Shown: in pieces, positions 41,344 to 55,539 of the stretch | How the letters are laid out: every line of letters starts with the position of its first letter | How positions within the stretch are numbered: position 1 is the stretch's first letter | Made by a program: the position numbers and the translations under genes | The notes under the pieces: model-generated | What the model saw: the letters and a program-made list of their open reading frames with translations, nothing else | Told to the model about the DNA's origin: nothing | Databases searched by the model: none | Assembly (NCBI RefSeq): GCF_006345805.1 | Contig: NC_043004.1 | Span: 11,470,001 to 11,534,000, forward strand | Direction: 5' to 3' | DNA from: Octopus sinensis | Taxonomy: Eukaryota | DNA length: 64,000 bases

Positions 41344-42992
41344 TTTTGTGAACGCTCGGTAGTTAGTAGCAGATCTGAAGAAATAGTTAATATGGGCCCA
41401 GAATAATGTTGTTTCTGGAATGTGATTGTTTAAGCAGCAGCAGCTGAGGAAGGAGACGGCGAAGAAGAAGAAGAAGAAGAAGAAGAAGAAGAAGAAGAAG
41501 AAGAAGAAGAAGAAGAAGAAGAAGAAAAGAAGGAGTAGGAAAAACTCATTCCACCCCAGACACACTAGAATGAATATCCCTTTGATCCTTGCAAAAATGA
41601 TTTGTACTATAGTTTCTAATAAGTGCACCAGGGACACTCGGCTACATGAGCTAAAGGATACACTCATCAGCGGGAACTACCTACCATCACTAGTTGATAT
41701 AAGTTTTCAACATGTCCTACATCTCAACATCACAAACTAGACGAGGATATATAATCAAAAGTTCTACCGTACATATCCACACACAATCCCCTAAACAATG
41801 AAGCTTTTGAAACCATCCTCCAGAACATTTCTTTACTAAAAAGTGACTAGAGAATGAATCAAATCCTCCAAATGCACACCATCATAAAGAACAAAAGACA
41901 GCCAAAGTCAAATAAAATTCTTCTAACACAAGTCAACAAAATTAAAACCGTCAGTAAAAAAAATGGAGAAGACCAAGCTGTGGTATATTCGTCAACTTAA
42001 TTGAGGGATCGGAGTTATCCTTCAAACAGGGTCAACGTCTTACAGTGAAAAACAATTTTACATATGCTTCGGAAAAACTAATATATGTGTTAAATTGCTC
42101 AGGGTGTCGAGAGAAATACATAGGTCAATCCAAAACCAGTCTTCACCAGAGGATGACTGTACACAGGTCTCAGATTAAAATTCGGGAAACAAAAAACAGC
42201 ATATAGCGAACACTTCGACATGTGCACCACAAACGAAGTACCCAACTTCAGAATTTTCACCTCTGTAAATTCAGGGACAATTACCTATAATCAGCTCATT
42301 AACAAATAATCATATCATATCGCAAAATATAAACCCCTTTTGAGTGCTTCCAACACATGACACTACTAATATGATCTTAGAATAGTACCCACGCAAATAT
42401 TAAAAACGATATATTCAGAACAGTCGCTACCCATGAATTATTTAGAACAATTCCAGTCGTTACTGCTACAACCACAAAAGTCACGTTTAGGTCCCTTGAC
42501 CATTAGAGAAGATTCTACGAACAGTCTACTACTGACATACCACTCCCGTTTTTTTTCTTTTCTTTCTTCTTTTATTGATTTTCCTACTCCTTCTTCCTCT
42601 TTTTCCTCTTCTTCTTCCTCTTTTTCCTCTTCTTCTTCCCGCCGACTCCTTCTTCAGCTGCTGCCGCTGCTGTTGCTTAAATATTGAAAGTCCAGAACCA
42701 ACATTTCTCTGGACCTTTATTAATTATTACTTCAGATTTGCTAATAACTACCGAGCCTTCACAAAAATAAATGAGAGACAGACAGACAGACAGACAGAAA
42801 AAAGGAAAATGTACTACCTATTTCAACATTATGAAAATATTTCAAAAAAACATTTCATTTCATTTTTCTTCAATTCAATTGTTTTTCTTGCTTTACTCTA
42901 AGTTGAAAAAGTCGAAAAGACTGAAACCTGTACTAAACTATTTTTCATAATAAAATCATTTTAGAATGTTCTAACTTGTCTTATTTTCCATA
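41232..42992 (+). mobile_element. 5'-truncated Penelope-like element with HHR-bearing 3' repeat and inverted 5' repeat
   Basis: Coding remnant 41544-42360; 41232-41543 is an inverted copy of 42579-42857; HHR motif at 42901-42934. Confidence 0.8.
41544..42360 (+). pseudogene. PLE RT C-terminus plus GIY-YIG endonuclease remnant
   Basis: SFHPRHTRMNIPLILAKMICTIVS..RDTRLHELK..L...NY...LVD; NFTYASEKLIYVLNCSGCREKYIGQSKTSLHQRMTVHRSQI. Confidence 0.85.
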
Positions 42993-43010
42993 TCTATCTA
43001 TCTATCTATC

Positions 43011-43056
<46 letters not shown>

Positions 43057-43257
43057 CAACTAGTGTGTTACTTTTCAACTTTCTACACAAACACACGCAC
43101 ACACACACACCACACATACACACACACACACATATATATATATATATTATATATATATATATATATATACACATATATACATATATATATGTATATATGT
43201 ATATATATGTATATATGTATACATATATATATACATATATATACATACATATATATA

Positions 43258-43297
<40 letters not shown>

Positions 43298-43312
43298 GCG
43301 TGTTTATGTATG

Positions 43313-43354
<42 letters not shown>

Positions 43355-43372
43355 ATATATATATAATATATA

Positions 43373-43558
43373 TAGCGAGAATTTATAAAAAAAACAAAAG
43401 ACGAAGAAACGTGAGTAAACAACAAACAGATGTATTAGTTTAACGCTCGGGAAGAGAGAAGTCTTTTACATTTCGAGCCTACGCACTTCGATAGAAAGGA
43501 AGACAGAAATAAACAGGGAGAGAAAATAAAAAAGTTTTAGTGGCTAGCGATCTATCAT
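43373..43558 (-). mobile_element. PLE-type short repeat (7273 family), decayed HHR
   Basis: Family similarity; core mutated. Confidence 0.7.
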
Positions 43559-43592
43559 ATATATACCATAGGACCTCTCAAAACTAGAAATT

Positions 43593-43661
<69 letters not shown>

Positions 43662-43807
43662 CTTCTACGTATTCATGGTTTTTGGAGTTTACTTAAATTT
43701 ATTCTGGTTATTTTTCTTACAGATGGTCATATGACTTTATACAACTAAACGTTTTTGAAAGCAGTGCCCCAGCACGGCTACAGACCAATGACTGAAATAC
43801 GTAGAAG

Positions 43808-43880
<73 letters not shown>

Positions 43881-44262
43881 GTATATATATCCTTCTTTAG
43901 TGAAGGATAAACGACTTGGAAGAACGTGACAAGCAAGCATTAAAAAATATGTATTCCCATCGTCGTAGTTCTTGGGGAGATTTGGCATGATTGAATGTGA
44001 CAAGGATTGTCATTCGAATCACAAGTACAACTTCTGTTTGCTAACTGAAGAGACTGGGGCAAAGTGAAATAAAACGTCTTGCTTATGGACACAACGTACC
44101 TCCGGGAACTGAGGTACTTACCCTATCCACTAAGCTATGCAACTTCACACACACGAACACATATTTATAAATGTACACACACACGCACACATACACACGC
44201 GAGCGCGCACACATATGTATACAGCAAGAGATAGAGAGAGAGAAGCGAGAGCTAGCTAGCTT

Positions 44263-44325
<63 letters not shown>

Positions 44326-44326
44326 T

Positions 44327-44369
<43 letters not shown>

Positions 44370-44409
44370 CGATAGCGAGAGAGAGAGAGAGAGCGAGAGA
44401 GAGAGAGAG

Positions 44410-44459
<50 letters not shown>

Positions 44460-44482
44460 TGTGAGAGAGAGAGAGAGAGAGG

Positions 44483-44572
<90 letters not shown>

Positions 44573-44590
44573 GTAGATAGATACATAGAT
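44263..44590. repeat. (GATA)n/(GA)n compound microsatellite
   Basis: Direct inspection. Confidence 0.95.
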
Positions 44591-45226
44591 AAGTACTCCA
44601 TAGAACAGAATACCATTTTCTTCTGATGAAAGGTGAGCAAAAGATTTATTTGACAAAACTTTACCATAAGAACTATAAAATTCCTCAAAATTATCTCGAA
44701 TGATATGACTAAATCTCATTACCAGAGACCGGATCGCATGTTTCTGAATAAGAAATACTTGCACAGGTTTTTCATTTCATTACTTGAGGTTTTCGATTAA
44801 GATAATCTAGGCGGTTATTCCAGTATGTTTTTATGGGGTGCAATTCACCAGTATATGTTATTGGGAAATTGGAGCTTGCGTCATCTCAATGATTACTTTC
44901 GCTGGACCTTTTGTAGGAAGAAAATTAGAAATAGTTATGGGAGGGAACTAAGCAATCATTGTTTCGACGAATAAGCGTTCCTGTTAAACGATCAGCTGAA
45001 TTACCTACCTTTTGTAAGCGGCTAAGAACCTATAATCCTCAGACAGAATCGGCTGGTCACTGCTTCGAGCTTATCTCTATTTCGAAGTCAGAAAGTTGCA
45101 TTTTTGCAAAGCTCCTTCCAAATTTGTCCTTGCATTTCGACTCCATTATCAAACAGCTAGTCGCACCTTAGGAGAACTTTTCTATTTGTTCAAAGTTCTG
45201 TCTGGTTCTCTTCATTACTTCTGGAG

Positions 45227-45610
45227 CGTTTCTGAGTTCAAATTCCACCGAGGTCGACTTTGCCTTTCACCCATTCGGGATCGATTAAATAAGTGCCATT
45301 TAGGCACTAGGGTCGATGTAATCGACTTTAATCCCTTCCCCCCAAATCTGAAGCCTTGCAATTCCAGTAAAAAGGATTATTTCTAGAACATAAGGGTGAG
45401 AACTGGTAGAACCGTTAGCGCGCCGGGCAAAACATCCTTAACGGCATTTCGTCCCGTCTTTACTTTCTCAGTTCAAATTCCGCCGAGGTCAACTTTGTCC
45501 TTCATCCTTTTGGAGTCGATAAATTTAGTACCAGTCAAGTACTGGGATTCATGTAATCGAGTAGTACCCTCCCCCAAAATTTCAGGCCTTGTGCCTTTAA
45601 TAGAAAGGCT
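45227..45610 (+). mobile_element. Two tandem SINE family A copies
   Basis: Two gttcaaattcc.ccgaggtc.actttg units. Confidence 0.8.
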
Positions 45611-45642
45611 TATAACTGAGGATAAAAACACACATTAGCTTT

Positions 45643-45715
<73 letters not shown>

Positions 45716-46064
45716 ACTTCTTAATTTGAACGGAAGAAATGCAAGCGGAAACTAGAGTAACATAATTAAGGTCAACACTCGAAGACCAAATAGATACATA
45801 TATTCATATATTCTTCCACATTTACAAAACGGATGTATAAATTTCAGATATAAAGATATAAAAATATATATAAATAGGTATAAGTCGGTGTTATTCACAA
45901 AACACATTTTAATATAATAGTTATAAAATATTGGTTTAGTCAAAAATTTGTGATGATGAAACATTAAAAGGACGTATTAAAAACCTCCGAAAAATAACAC
46001 TAAAATTTAAAAAAATAGAGTTCCATCTACGGGCCGTTTCAGAGACCTACCAAGTAATATGATA

Positions 46065-46447
46065 TCCATTATATGAAATCCGTTCTGTCTGTCTGTGTGT
46101 GTCTTCTAGGATCTCAGGCATCCTCCATCCGATTGCGCTCAAATTTGATATGTAGCTACCGATGGTATCAGGGGTCTATAAGTCTTGAAAAATTACAAAA
46201 ATCGATTCCATGTGAGAATGCGATCGATAAAGCCGTGGGAACGTGCATTTGTACGCGCAAGTACATCAGCTGTTGCGATCGATACTAAGCGTACGCGAGA
46301 AAAATGCACGTGCATTTTGCGCAAAAAGAGCCGGCTGGCTTGAAATAGTGCCACAAAATGGGACGGTCGGACAAGTTGTTTTGAGAAAATTTGGTTTAAA
46401 TGTTTGACAACTCAGCACCGTCCATTGGACGGGGGGCGTTTTGCTCG
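46065..46447 (+). mobile_element. Non-autonomous Helitron-like element
   Basis: A|TC start; subterminal hairpin ccgtccattggacgg followed by ctcg|T end; related 5' ends at 54318-54500 and 54894-55040. Confidence 0.65.
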
Positions 46448-46563
46448 TATTACATATTATCAAAAGTGACACTCCACTCATCAGGATGTTTTTTACACAC
46501 TCTATACAAAAACAATTACAAAAATATTAATATAAAATTACATACCAACCATTTGTAATATAT

Positions 46564-46619
<56 letters not shown>

Positions 46620-47800
46620 TATTTACACACACACACACATACGCATATATATACATATGTATGTATGTGTATAAATGTATATATGTATGGTTTCAGTCTG
46701 AAAAACTTCATTTACGAGACCGTGGTCAACAAGGGATAAGAAAAGCAGGCATATGTCCAATATACTGAACTGACTGCAGAGAACTTAAGCACGGAGTTCT
46801 TGTGTGTGAGTGCGCATTTGCTTGTGTGTATGTATGTATGTATGTATGTATGTATGTATGTATGTATGTATGTATGCATGTGTGCATGTATATATGTCTG
46901 TGTGTTATTAAAAAAAAGCCATCGGTGAATTCGTGATTAATCTGTAATTAGTAGACAAAGGAGAAACGTGAAATAATTATTGCACGATTGTATTCCCGCA
47001 GTTTTTGCTTTCTTAGTAATATCTTTCTTCCTTTTTAATTCTCACTTCACCAATTTATCAACTGATTCTTTGCTGATTCTCCGAGATTGACGTATTTTCG
47101 TAGAATAAATGATAACACAGCAATGATGATGGCTTTGATTGAGATAAATGTCTCTTACCACGTCAGATAAAATAGTTAATTGCCATTTTGCTTCTTCTTT
47201 TCCAACAAATTTTAGTAGTTTTATTTTCTTTTAGCCAGCTATGCGAGAACAATTGTATGCTGTTACACAATTTATGCTAGCATTGCTGTCATTTGTGTTG
47301 TTTGTTAATATTTAGCCGCAGGTTAGTTTGTTTATACAGACTAAGGATGAAAACATCCCGCTTCCAGCATCTTTATTCGGGTGCAGTGCATCAAAGATTG
47401 CGTAACCTATAGCAATTCATCGTCATCTTCATCGTCGCTGTTGTCATTGTTTCGGTAAGCCCCTGGCCTGCAGTCTCTGAGAAGAAACAAGTTAGAGCAA
47501 ACATACTTCAGCCCTGTCATAGCTTCTCACACCTTTTCATTTTTTTTTTTTTTGCGGCAAACTATCAAAAAAGCATTGAGCTGATGTTTGTTTTTGTTAT
47601 TGTTTTTTCTTGAATATTTGCCTCAGGTTCTCCTTGTTTCAAAATGATGTAAGAACAAAGGTATTCAAGCCATCATATTGCAACATGCATCATTTTTGGG
47701 TTTTCGCATAGTCATGGAGCCTTCGTCATTTTCTGCGGTGTCTATCCCATTTGTTCGTGGATCTACATTAGCGGTCTCTTAAAATAACGTGTATTTCGAT

Positions 47801-48217
47801 AAGGCGCAGGAGTGGCTGTGTGGTAAGTAGCTTGCTAACCAACCACATGGTTCCAGGTTCAGTCCCACTGCGTGGCACCTTGGGCAAGTGGCTTCTGCTA
47901 TAGCCCCGGGCCGACCAACGCCTTGTGAGTGGATTTGGTAGTCAGAAACTGAAAGAAGCCCGTCGTATATATGTATATATATATGTGTGCGTGTATGTTT
48001 GTGTGTCTGTGTCTGTCCTCCTAGCATTGTTTGACAACAGATGCTGGTGTGTTTACGTCCCCGTCACTTAGCGGTTCGGCAAAAGAGACCGATAGAATAA
48101 GTACTGGGCTTACAAAAGAATAAGTCCCGGGGTCGAGTTGCTCGATTAAAGGCGGTGCTCCAGCATGGCCGCAGTCAAATGACTGAAACAAGTAAAAGAG
48201 TAAAAGAGTAAAAGAGT
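47801..48217 (+). mobile_element. SINE family B, full length
   Basis: aaggcgcaggagtggctgtgtggtaag ... (gtaaaaga)n tail. Confidence 0.95.
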
Positions 48218-48229
48218 AAGTATTCATTT

Positions 48230-48443
48230 ATTCTTTTATTCTTTTATTTGTTTCAGTCATTTGACTGCAGCCATGCTGGACCACCGCCTTTAGTCGAGCA
48301 AATCGACCCCAGGACTTATTCTTTGTTAGCCTAGTGCTTATACCATCGGTCGCTTTTGCCGCCCCCGCCCCTACGTTATGGAGACGTAAACACACCATCA
48401 TCAGTTGTCAGGTGATGGTGGAGGGACTAACACAGACACAGAA

Positions 48444-48516
<73 letters not shown>

Positions 48517-48682
48517 CGACAGTCTTCTTTCAGTTTCCGTATACCGAATCCACTCTCACGATTTTGGTCGGCCCAAGGCTATATTAGAAGACACTTGCCC
48601 AAGGCGCCACGCAGTGGTCCTGAGCCCGTTGGGTCATGTGGTTGGTAACCAAGCTACTTACCACACAGCCATTCCTGCGTCT
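48230..48682 (-). mobile_element. SINE family B, tail-to-tail with the previous copy
   Basis: Reverse-complement copy starting about 12 bp after the previous tail. Confidence 0.9.
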
Positions 48683-49204
48683 GTATTTAAAGTATTTCTC
48701 GGCACGAATCACGAATCGACGTGATTGCGGCAGTTTGGGACGTTGAATTACAAGTACAATCTATAAGACAGGCATCTACACATTTTCCATCAACTCAATT
48801 TCGTTGTTATTGCTTTGATCGACTTGAAACTATAGAAAAATTACGACGACCTTCCAAGATTCTGTCCTAATCTCGAACCCGAAACCTCATAGTTGCGTAC
48901 GTAGAGACTGCTTATATTTCTCAGGAGTAAGCTGTTTCTGGAGGAAACATTTATGTGTGTATACATCAAAGGAGAAAGCTTTGCAGGTATGTGTTAGTGT
49001 GCTTGAGTGTGTGTGCTCACACGCTTCTGAGATTAACTCTATATCTGCATATCTTAAGAGAAAGTTCTCTTTGTACACCTTAGAAAAACCTGTGTGTACA
49101 TAATTCAGAAGAAGGTTTTGTGTGTGTATAACTAATGAGAATACAGTGTGTTTGTAAATACATGAAATATACATATATACACAAGTAATACATATATATG
49201 TGTG

Positions 49205-49260
<56 letters not shown>

Positions 49261-49350
49261 ATATACATATTCATATAGATATATATACATACATACACAT
49301 GCAAACACACACACACATGTATATGAGAATAAAATTATGTGTTTCTTAGG

Positions 49351-49401
<51 letters not shown>

Positions 49402-50631
49402 CACATATGTATGTATGTAAGTATGTATGTATGTACGTATCAGAAAGAAAACAACGATAAACGAAAAAGTAAAGACAAGCTTACGTATCTTGCTAACGAC
49501 CTTAGTTTGGATGTCTTCTATGTCATGAGAGTCGATTTCAATGAGGTATAATTATGGTTATAGTACCTATTGTGAATGCTGATGTTCGTGTTGTTGTTAT
49601 ACTCAAGATGCTGTTTTTGTAGTTGCTGACGTCGTTTATATTGTCCTTATTATTGTTATACTTGTTGTTATTGATATTGTTAGTGTGAAATGTTTACGGT
49701 GTCTAGTCATGTCGTGTCAAGGCTTATTTATAAACATTTTGAATGTCTTGTTATATAGCACTTCTAATGATATCTAATATGGCTGCCTAATACAAAGTCG
49801 TTCCCCCACTCCCACTTCAATTGTAATCTTGCTGGCTGGTCACACTAAGTCATTCAAACAATGTAGGCTCGAAAGGTATCGTCTTATGATTATCGTTTGT
49901 TGTAGCTGCTGGCTTCTAGGTATATCATGCTGGATGTATTTTTCTTATCGCGTTAGTCTGACGCTTTAATTGTTAAGAATAATAAAGAAATACTATTTAC
50001 TGTCATGATCAAGGTCATTGGGAACAGAAATATCACAGAAAGGGCCAGAGACGCCATCTTTCAGATAACGTTTAGATTGATATTTATAAGCGTTCTCACT
50101 CTCTCCCTCTCTACATCAGTATGCATGTATAAAATAGTGTACATTTAAACACAAGATAAGCTACCTTTTACAGGTAATTTTCATGCTAGAAGAAACAGTC
50201 AAAACGACCAAAACCACATTTAAGAGCAATTTCGAAGGGAATGAAAAATAAAAAAAAAAAATACCTTGTTATATTTTTTTTACGGTTACACCTAGGTTTC
50301 GAATTTTTTAGCAAATAAAAGAATTTGCTAGGTGAAATTCTCATCAGTAACCCCGCATGTATGTATGTATCTATATATGTATCTATGTGTGTATATATGC
50401 AAATATGTATATATAGGTAAACGTATATGTGTATACCTGTATATGCATGTATGTATTTGAATATATACATTTATTCATGTAACTATGTATATATGACTAT
50501 ATACATATATAACTATGCGTGTGTATGCATGTATTGTTAGATAGATAGGTAGTTAGATAGATATGTAGGTAGGTAGGTAGGTAGGAAGGTAGATGGATAG
50601 ATAGATAGATAGATAGATAGATGGATGGATG

Positions 50632-50678
<47 letters not shown>

Positions 50679-51159
50679 TGATAGATAGATAGATAGGTAG
50701 GTAGGTATGTATGTAGGTAGGTGGGTAAGTAGATAGGTAGGTAGGTAGGTATAGTAAGTAGGGAGGTAGGTGGGTAGATAGAGGGAGAGAAGGACATACA
50801 GATGTAGTTTTTTGACATTTAAAAAAAATGAATGGCAAAATTGACCATTGCCACATTTGAACACAGAAAGCACTGAGGCGAAGCGAAACCTGCAAGACGT
50901 TATATCCAGCTCTCACGCGATTTGTCTTATTAGAAAACTTTCATGAATGAAGGTATTTTTACTACTCAGTAACAATCATATTTACAAATACATCAACACA
51001 GATACGCTAGAACGTACCTATATACCTAGCAATTCAATATACCTCCGTCAGATTTGACTAGGAGCATTCAGCTGTTTGATCAACTAAACCCCATATTCAC
51101 AGAATTAGTGTTTATGGCGTTGAGTATTTCATACATACATCTGTGTGTGTGTATGCATG

Positions 51160-51225
<66 letters not shown>

Positions 51226-51373
51226 TATATATATATATATAATTATTAGAAATATTAAATAGAAGTTAATAAAATAATATACCGATGATTAAGTACAAAA
51301 TAATAATAATAAACATATATTGGTAGAATAACGACACGTGTATGTATATATATATATATATATATATATACAA

Positions 51374-51412
<39 letters not shown>

Positions 51413-51418
<6 letters not shown>

Positions 51419-51620
51419 ATCCAAACAATAAAGCACAAAAAAACAATGCGAGGACGTGGAACAAATATAGTATTATTGGACGCTCAGGAAAGAAGGAGGG
51501 TTTAACGTTTCGAGTGGAGCTGTTCGTCGGAAACATAGGTGAAGGAAAGATCCAGAGAAGGGAAGACAGAGGAAAAAAAATCGCCAACGGTACACACGAG
51601 GTTACATTTTGAAAAGGTTG
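51413..51620 (-). mobile_element. PLE-type short repeat (5812 family) with HHR-like core
   Basis: 51500-51534(-): GTTT-CCGACGA-..-GAAAC-GTT-AAAC. Confidence 0.7.
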
Positions 51621-52207
51621 GTTATATATATATATATATATATGGGGGCGAGGGAGCTTAAGATTCGGGTCCTAGTTTATCCAGTCGATCGTTTTACTTG
51701 ATCGTATGCATCTGTGGATTCAACAGAAATGACAAAATGTTCTTGGTGTCATACAATTACGATCACTGCTTGCGTGATCGTTGAAAGTAACGCTCGTTTT
51801 GCAAGCTTTGAATTCTTGCACAATAATTTGCGCCTGTGGCAACCGTTGAATGGGTTTAAACGAATATATATTTCTAAGGATTCTAGGATCAGTCGCTATA
51901 TTTCTGGAAAACGTTGAAATTAATTGGTGTATGATACTTCTCAAGACTTTTGGTGCGTTTCATTTTTTAAATTTTTATAGGGCCGAATGGGAACACCATT
52001 GTAAATATAATTTGTTTTCAGTAAGACAACTAAAATATATTTCTTCACAGTTTCGATCTCTTTGTTGGTGTATCTGTTTTTGGAATTTTTTAACAGAATC
52101 TTCGTGACACAGTATGCCACTCCAAGTCTGTCTGGATTGATCATTTTCATTTTTCTTTCTTCTTCCATAGAGTGTACTAGTATCAATATTTTAATGGAAG
52201 ATCCCAA

Positions 52208-52355
52208 TAGGCGCAGTAGTGGCTGTGTGGTAAGTAGCTTGCTTACCAACCACATGGTTCCATGGAACCTTGGACAAGTGTCTTCTGCTATAGCCTCGGG
52301 CAGACCAAAGCCTTGTGAGTGGATTTGGTAGACGGAAAATGAAAGACGCCCATCG

Positions 52356-52407
<52 letters not shown>

Positions 52408-52633
52408 TGTGTGTGTCTGTGTGTGTGTGTTTGTGTGTCTGTGTTTGCCTCACCCACCCAACATCGCTTGATAACCGATGTTGGTGTGTTTACGTCCTCG
52501 TAACTTAGCGGTTCGGCAAAAGGGACCGATAGAATAAGTACTAGGCTTACAAAGAATAAGTCCTGGGGTCGATTTGCTCGATAAAGGCGGTGCTCCAGCA
52601 TGACCGCAGTCAAATGACTAAAACAAGTAAAAG
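52208..52633 (+). mobile_element. SINE family B
   Basis: Family similarity. Confidence 0.9.
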
Positions 52634-52750
52634 AACATGTTAGGTTCTTGTAAGGTTTTGCATCAATAGAGCAGATTTCGTCCATAATCAAATCAAACAT
52701 CGCAAGTTCTGACGCTTATAATATTAGCATCACTACTAAAATGTTGAATA

Positions 52751-52970
52751 CGATGTGATCCTGAAAATTTCTCGGCTTTGGATAAAAGAAAATACAGAAG
52801 GATGAGTTAATTATGATTTTATCCAACATATCCCTCTCTCAGTTTCACCCACTTATTGGAACGATCCTTCAGATTCTCCAAGCCCTGTAAAAAAAAACCT
52901 CGAAAGGTTGGATCTCTAACAAGGCCTTTCGCGAGACCCTCAAAGCTACAAACTTTTCAACACTACCTCG
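52751..52970 (-). mobile_element. mariner-derived MITE
   Basis: TA-flanked degenerate TIRs cgatgtgatcctgaaaa / ttttcaacactacctcg; minus strand retains GLENLKDRSNKWVKLREGYVG*, resembling a mariner C-terminus. Confidence 0.65.
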
Positions 52971-53229
52971 TAGAGTTTTGTTGCAAAATGAATGATCTAA
53001 TTGGCAAATTCTTAGAACGCTTTGGCATTTCTATATATTTTTTTCACTGCTAAATTTTATCATATATATTTTCTTCAATACGAAGTGGTGGTCAGAGAAA
53101 ACGTTGCTGTTAATGTTTTTCATTTGGAAAAAATGGTTTCTCATGTTTAAGTAACATGCACGAAGATTTCTTTTGCATAGATTCCATATCTGAAACGGCT
53201 GACGATTTTATTAAACCTACAGTGTAAAG

Positions 53230-53557
53230 ACTCCCTTCGGTCATGATTGGTAATAGGATTGCAACTAGGAAGTTCCCCTCCGAAGTACAAATCCGGTCAG
53301 GGTTGTTTATAGAAGACCAGCTGACGCCCATTCATAGCCTCCCCTCTCCACGCTACCGATTTTATCCAAGGCAAAGGAAAGGCCAATACAGCTTGGCATC
53401 AGTGAGGTCACAGCTCATTTCTACATATGAGAGAAATGCAGCGACGTGAAGTGAAATGTCTTGCTCAAGAACACAACACACACCCCGGTCCGGGATTCAA
53501 ACTCACAACCTCATGATTGTAAGCCCGACACTCTAACCACTGAGCCGTTCACCTTCA
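53230..53557 (-). mobile_element. SINE family D
   Basis: Reverse complement of the 22976 family; attaaaccta repeated on both flanks. Confidence 0.85.
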
Positions 53558-54618
53558 TTAAACCTATATATTTCACAGAATTTCATATATATATATTCCC
53601 TATAGACTCGAACATTGTCAAGAAGTATATTGTCGTTAACATACTATTTTTAAATTGTACAAAACTGACAATGTATTTAGCATCAAAACGAACAGGAACC
53701 AAGATAAATTATTTCCTTCGAATAACGCCTTTACGATATTTATAGCACCAAAGACAACAGTTATATTTGTAGCTACAAGCGTAAATATGCCTGACAAGGT
53801 CTTTGTAAGATGTTCAATGGTATCAACCAGGAGAGCTGTTACAATTTTCAAATGCAGCGCTAGCAGCAATCCTTACTTACGAACAAATTAAAAGACTGTT
53901 GTTGATGAAACCATAGTATAACAAGGTTTCTATACGCACAAAATCTTCAGACTCCATTTTCTTTTTCTACCTGACGGCAAATTAGTTAATGTTAGCTGTT
54001 AAACTCTGAATGGTTTTGGAGACTAAATGATTCTATATTCAGATTATACATTTTAAATAAATGTAATAGGTCTATAGATTTTGATAATGGAGTTGTTTTC
54101 ATTCTCCGTTACAAGTTTGTCTGTGCTTTGTCAAACTAAGCTGGTAAGTCAACGAGGCCCTATATAATACTTTTCCCAATCACATCATTCCAGGTTCAGT
54201 CCTACTGCGTAGCAACTTGGGAAGATGTCTTCTACTATAGTCACGAGCTGACCAAAGCCTTGTGAGCTGATTTGATAAACGGAAACTGAAAGAAGCCCGT
54301 CGTATATATTATATACATCTAATATATAAATCACGTTCTGTATGTCTGTTTGTGCGCTTATAACTCGAATACTGTTCATCCGATCGAGCTGAAATTATAA
54401 ACATGGATATATAAGAAAGCGGTGTATTCCGTAATCTAAAAATATTTTGAAAACTGTCAGTTTCAAAGTGATAATCGCTATTTTTGCAATCTTTTTATCC
54501 TATTTCTTCCGCCATGCTTTTCATTAAAAGACAACCGGCGCATACCATTTCGTTTCCAACAAGGGGAGTACAGGATGACAATCAGCCAAAGCCGTCGCTA
54601 TGCTGTCTCTCTTCCTTC

Positions 54619-54654
<36 letters not shown>

Positions 54655-55539
54655 GTTCCCCTCTCTCTATACCCAGGTGGTTCAATACGCTTATCTAACT
54701 TAAAGCAACTGTCGTCAAATGCAAAAAGCCAAAGAACTGTTAATACTTACATATGCATACAAATAGAGGTATCTCTCATTGGCTCATACATACATATATA
54801 CATGCATAAGACAGTATGGTGTGATTTGAGGAATATTTGGCTGTTATTTCTACCAGGTTTGGCTACCATGTAGAGGTCTCCCTCGTTATCTCATCTCATA
54901 TATAAATCCTTTTCTGTCTGTCTGTTTTTTGTGCGCTTATAATTCGTGTATTGTTCATCCGATCGTGCCGAAATCTTAATTTTAAACAAGATTTTGAAAA
55001 TTGTCAGTTTCAAAGTGAGAATCGCTATTTTTGTAATCCTTATGGCCTGTCCATCTGATGATTAAAACTTCCATAACACCGTTCAAGTTAACCCTCTCCA
55101 CATATTAAAAACCCTCCATTGGATTGGTGTGGCTTTGCTTGTATGCATATCATTATGTGTGTGCCTTTGTGTTTGTCACCACCGCATCAACACTTGACAA
55201 CCGGTGTTGGTGTGTTTGCATCCCTGTAAGCTAGCAGTTCGGCAACAAAAAAAACCTGATAGAATAAGTAACAGCCTAAACAAAAAGTACTGGGGTCGAT
55301 TCATACACCTAAAAATTCCAAGTGGTGCCCCAGCATGGCTGCAGTCTAATGACTGAAACAACTAAAAGATTAAGATACGCGTGAATAACCTTTTTCAAAT
55401 ATACATAACAATAAGTCCTGTCTCCATAAAAGCAAAGAACTTTAATTTATTATTTTACATTTTAAACAAATATACTAGGAGTTTTGTATCTTCATTGCAA
55501 GAGTGATCACAGTGCATTGTAATTATGCAATTCCCATCA

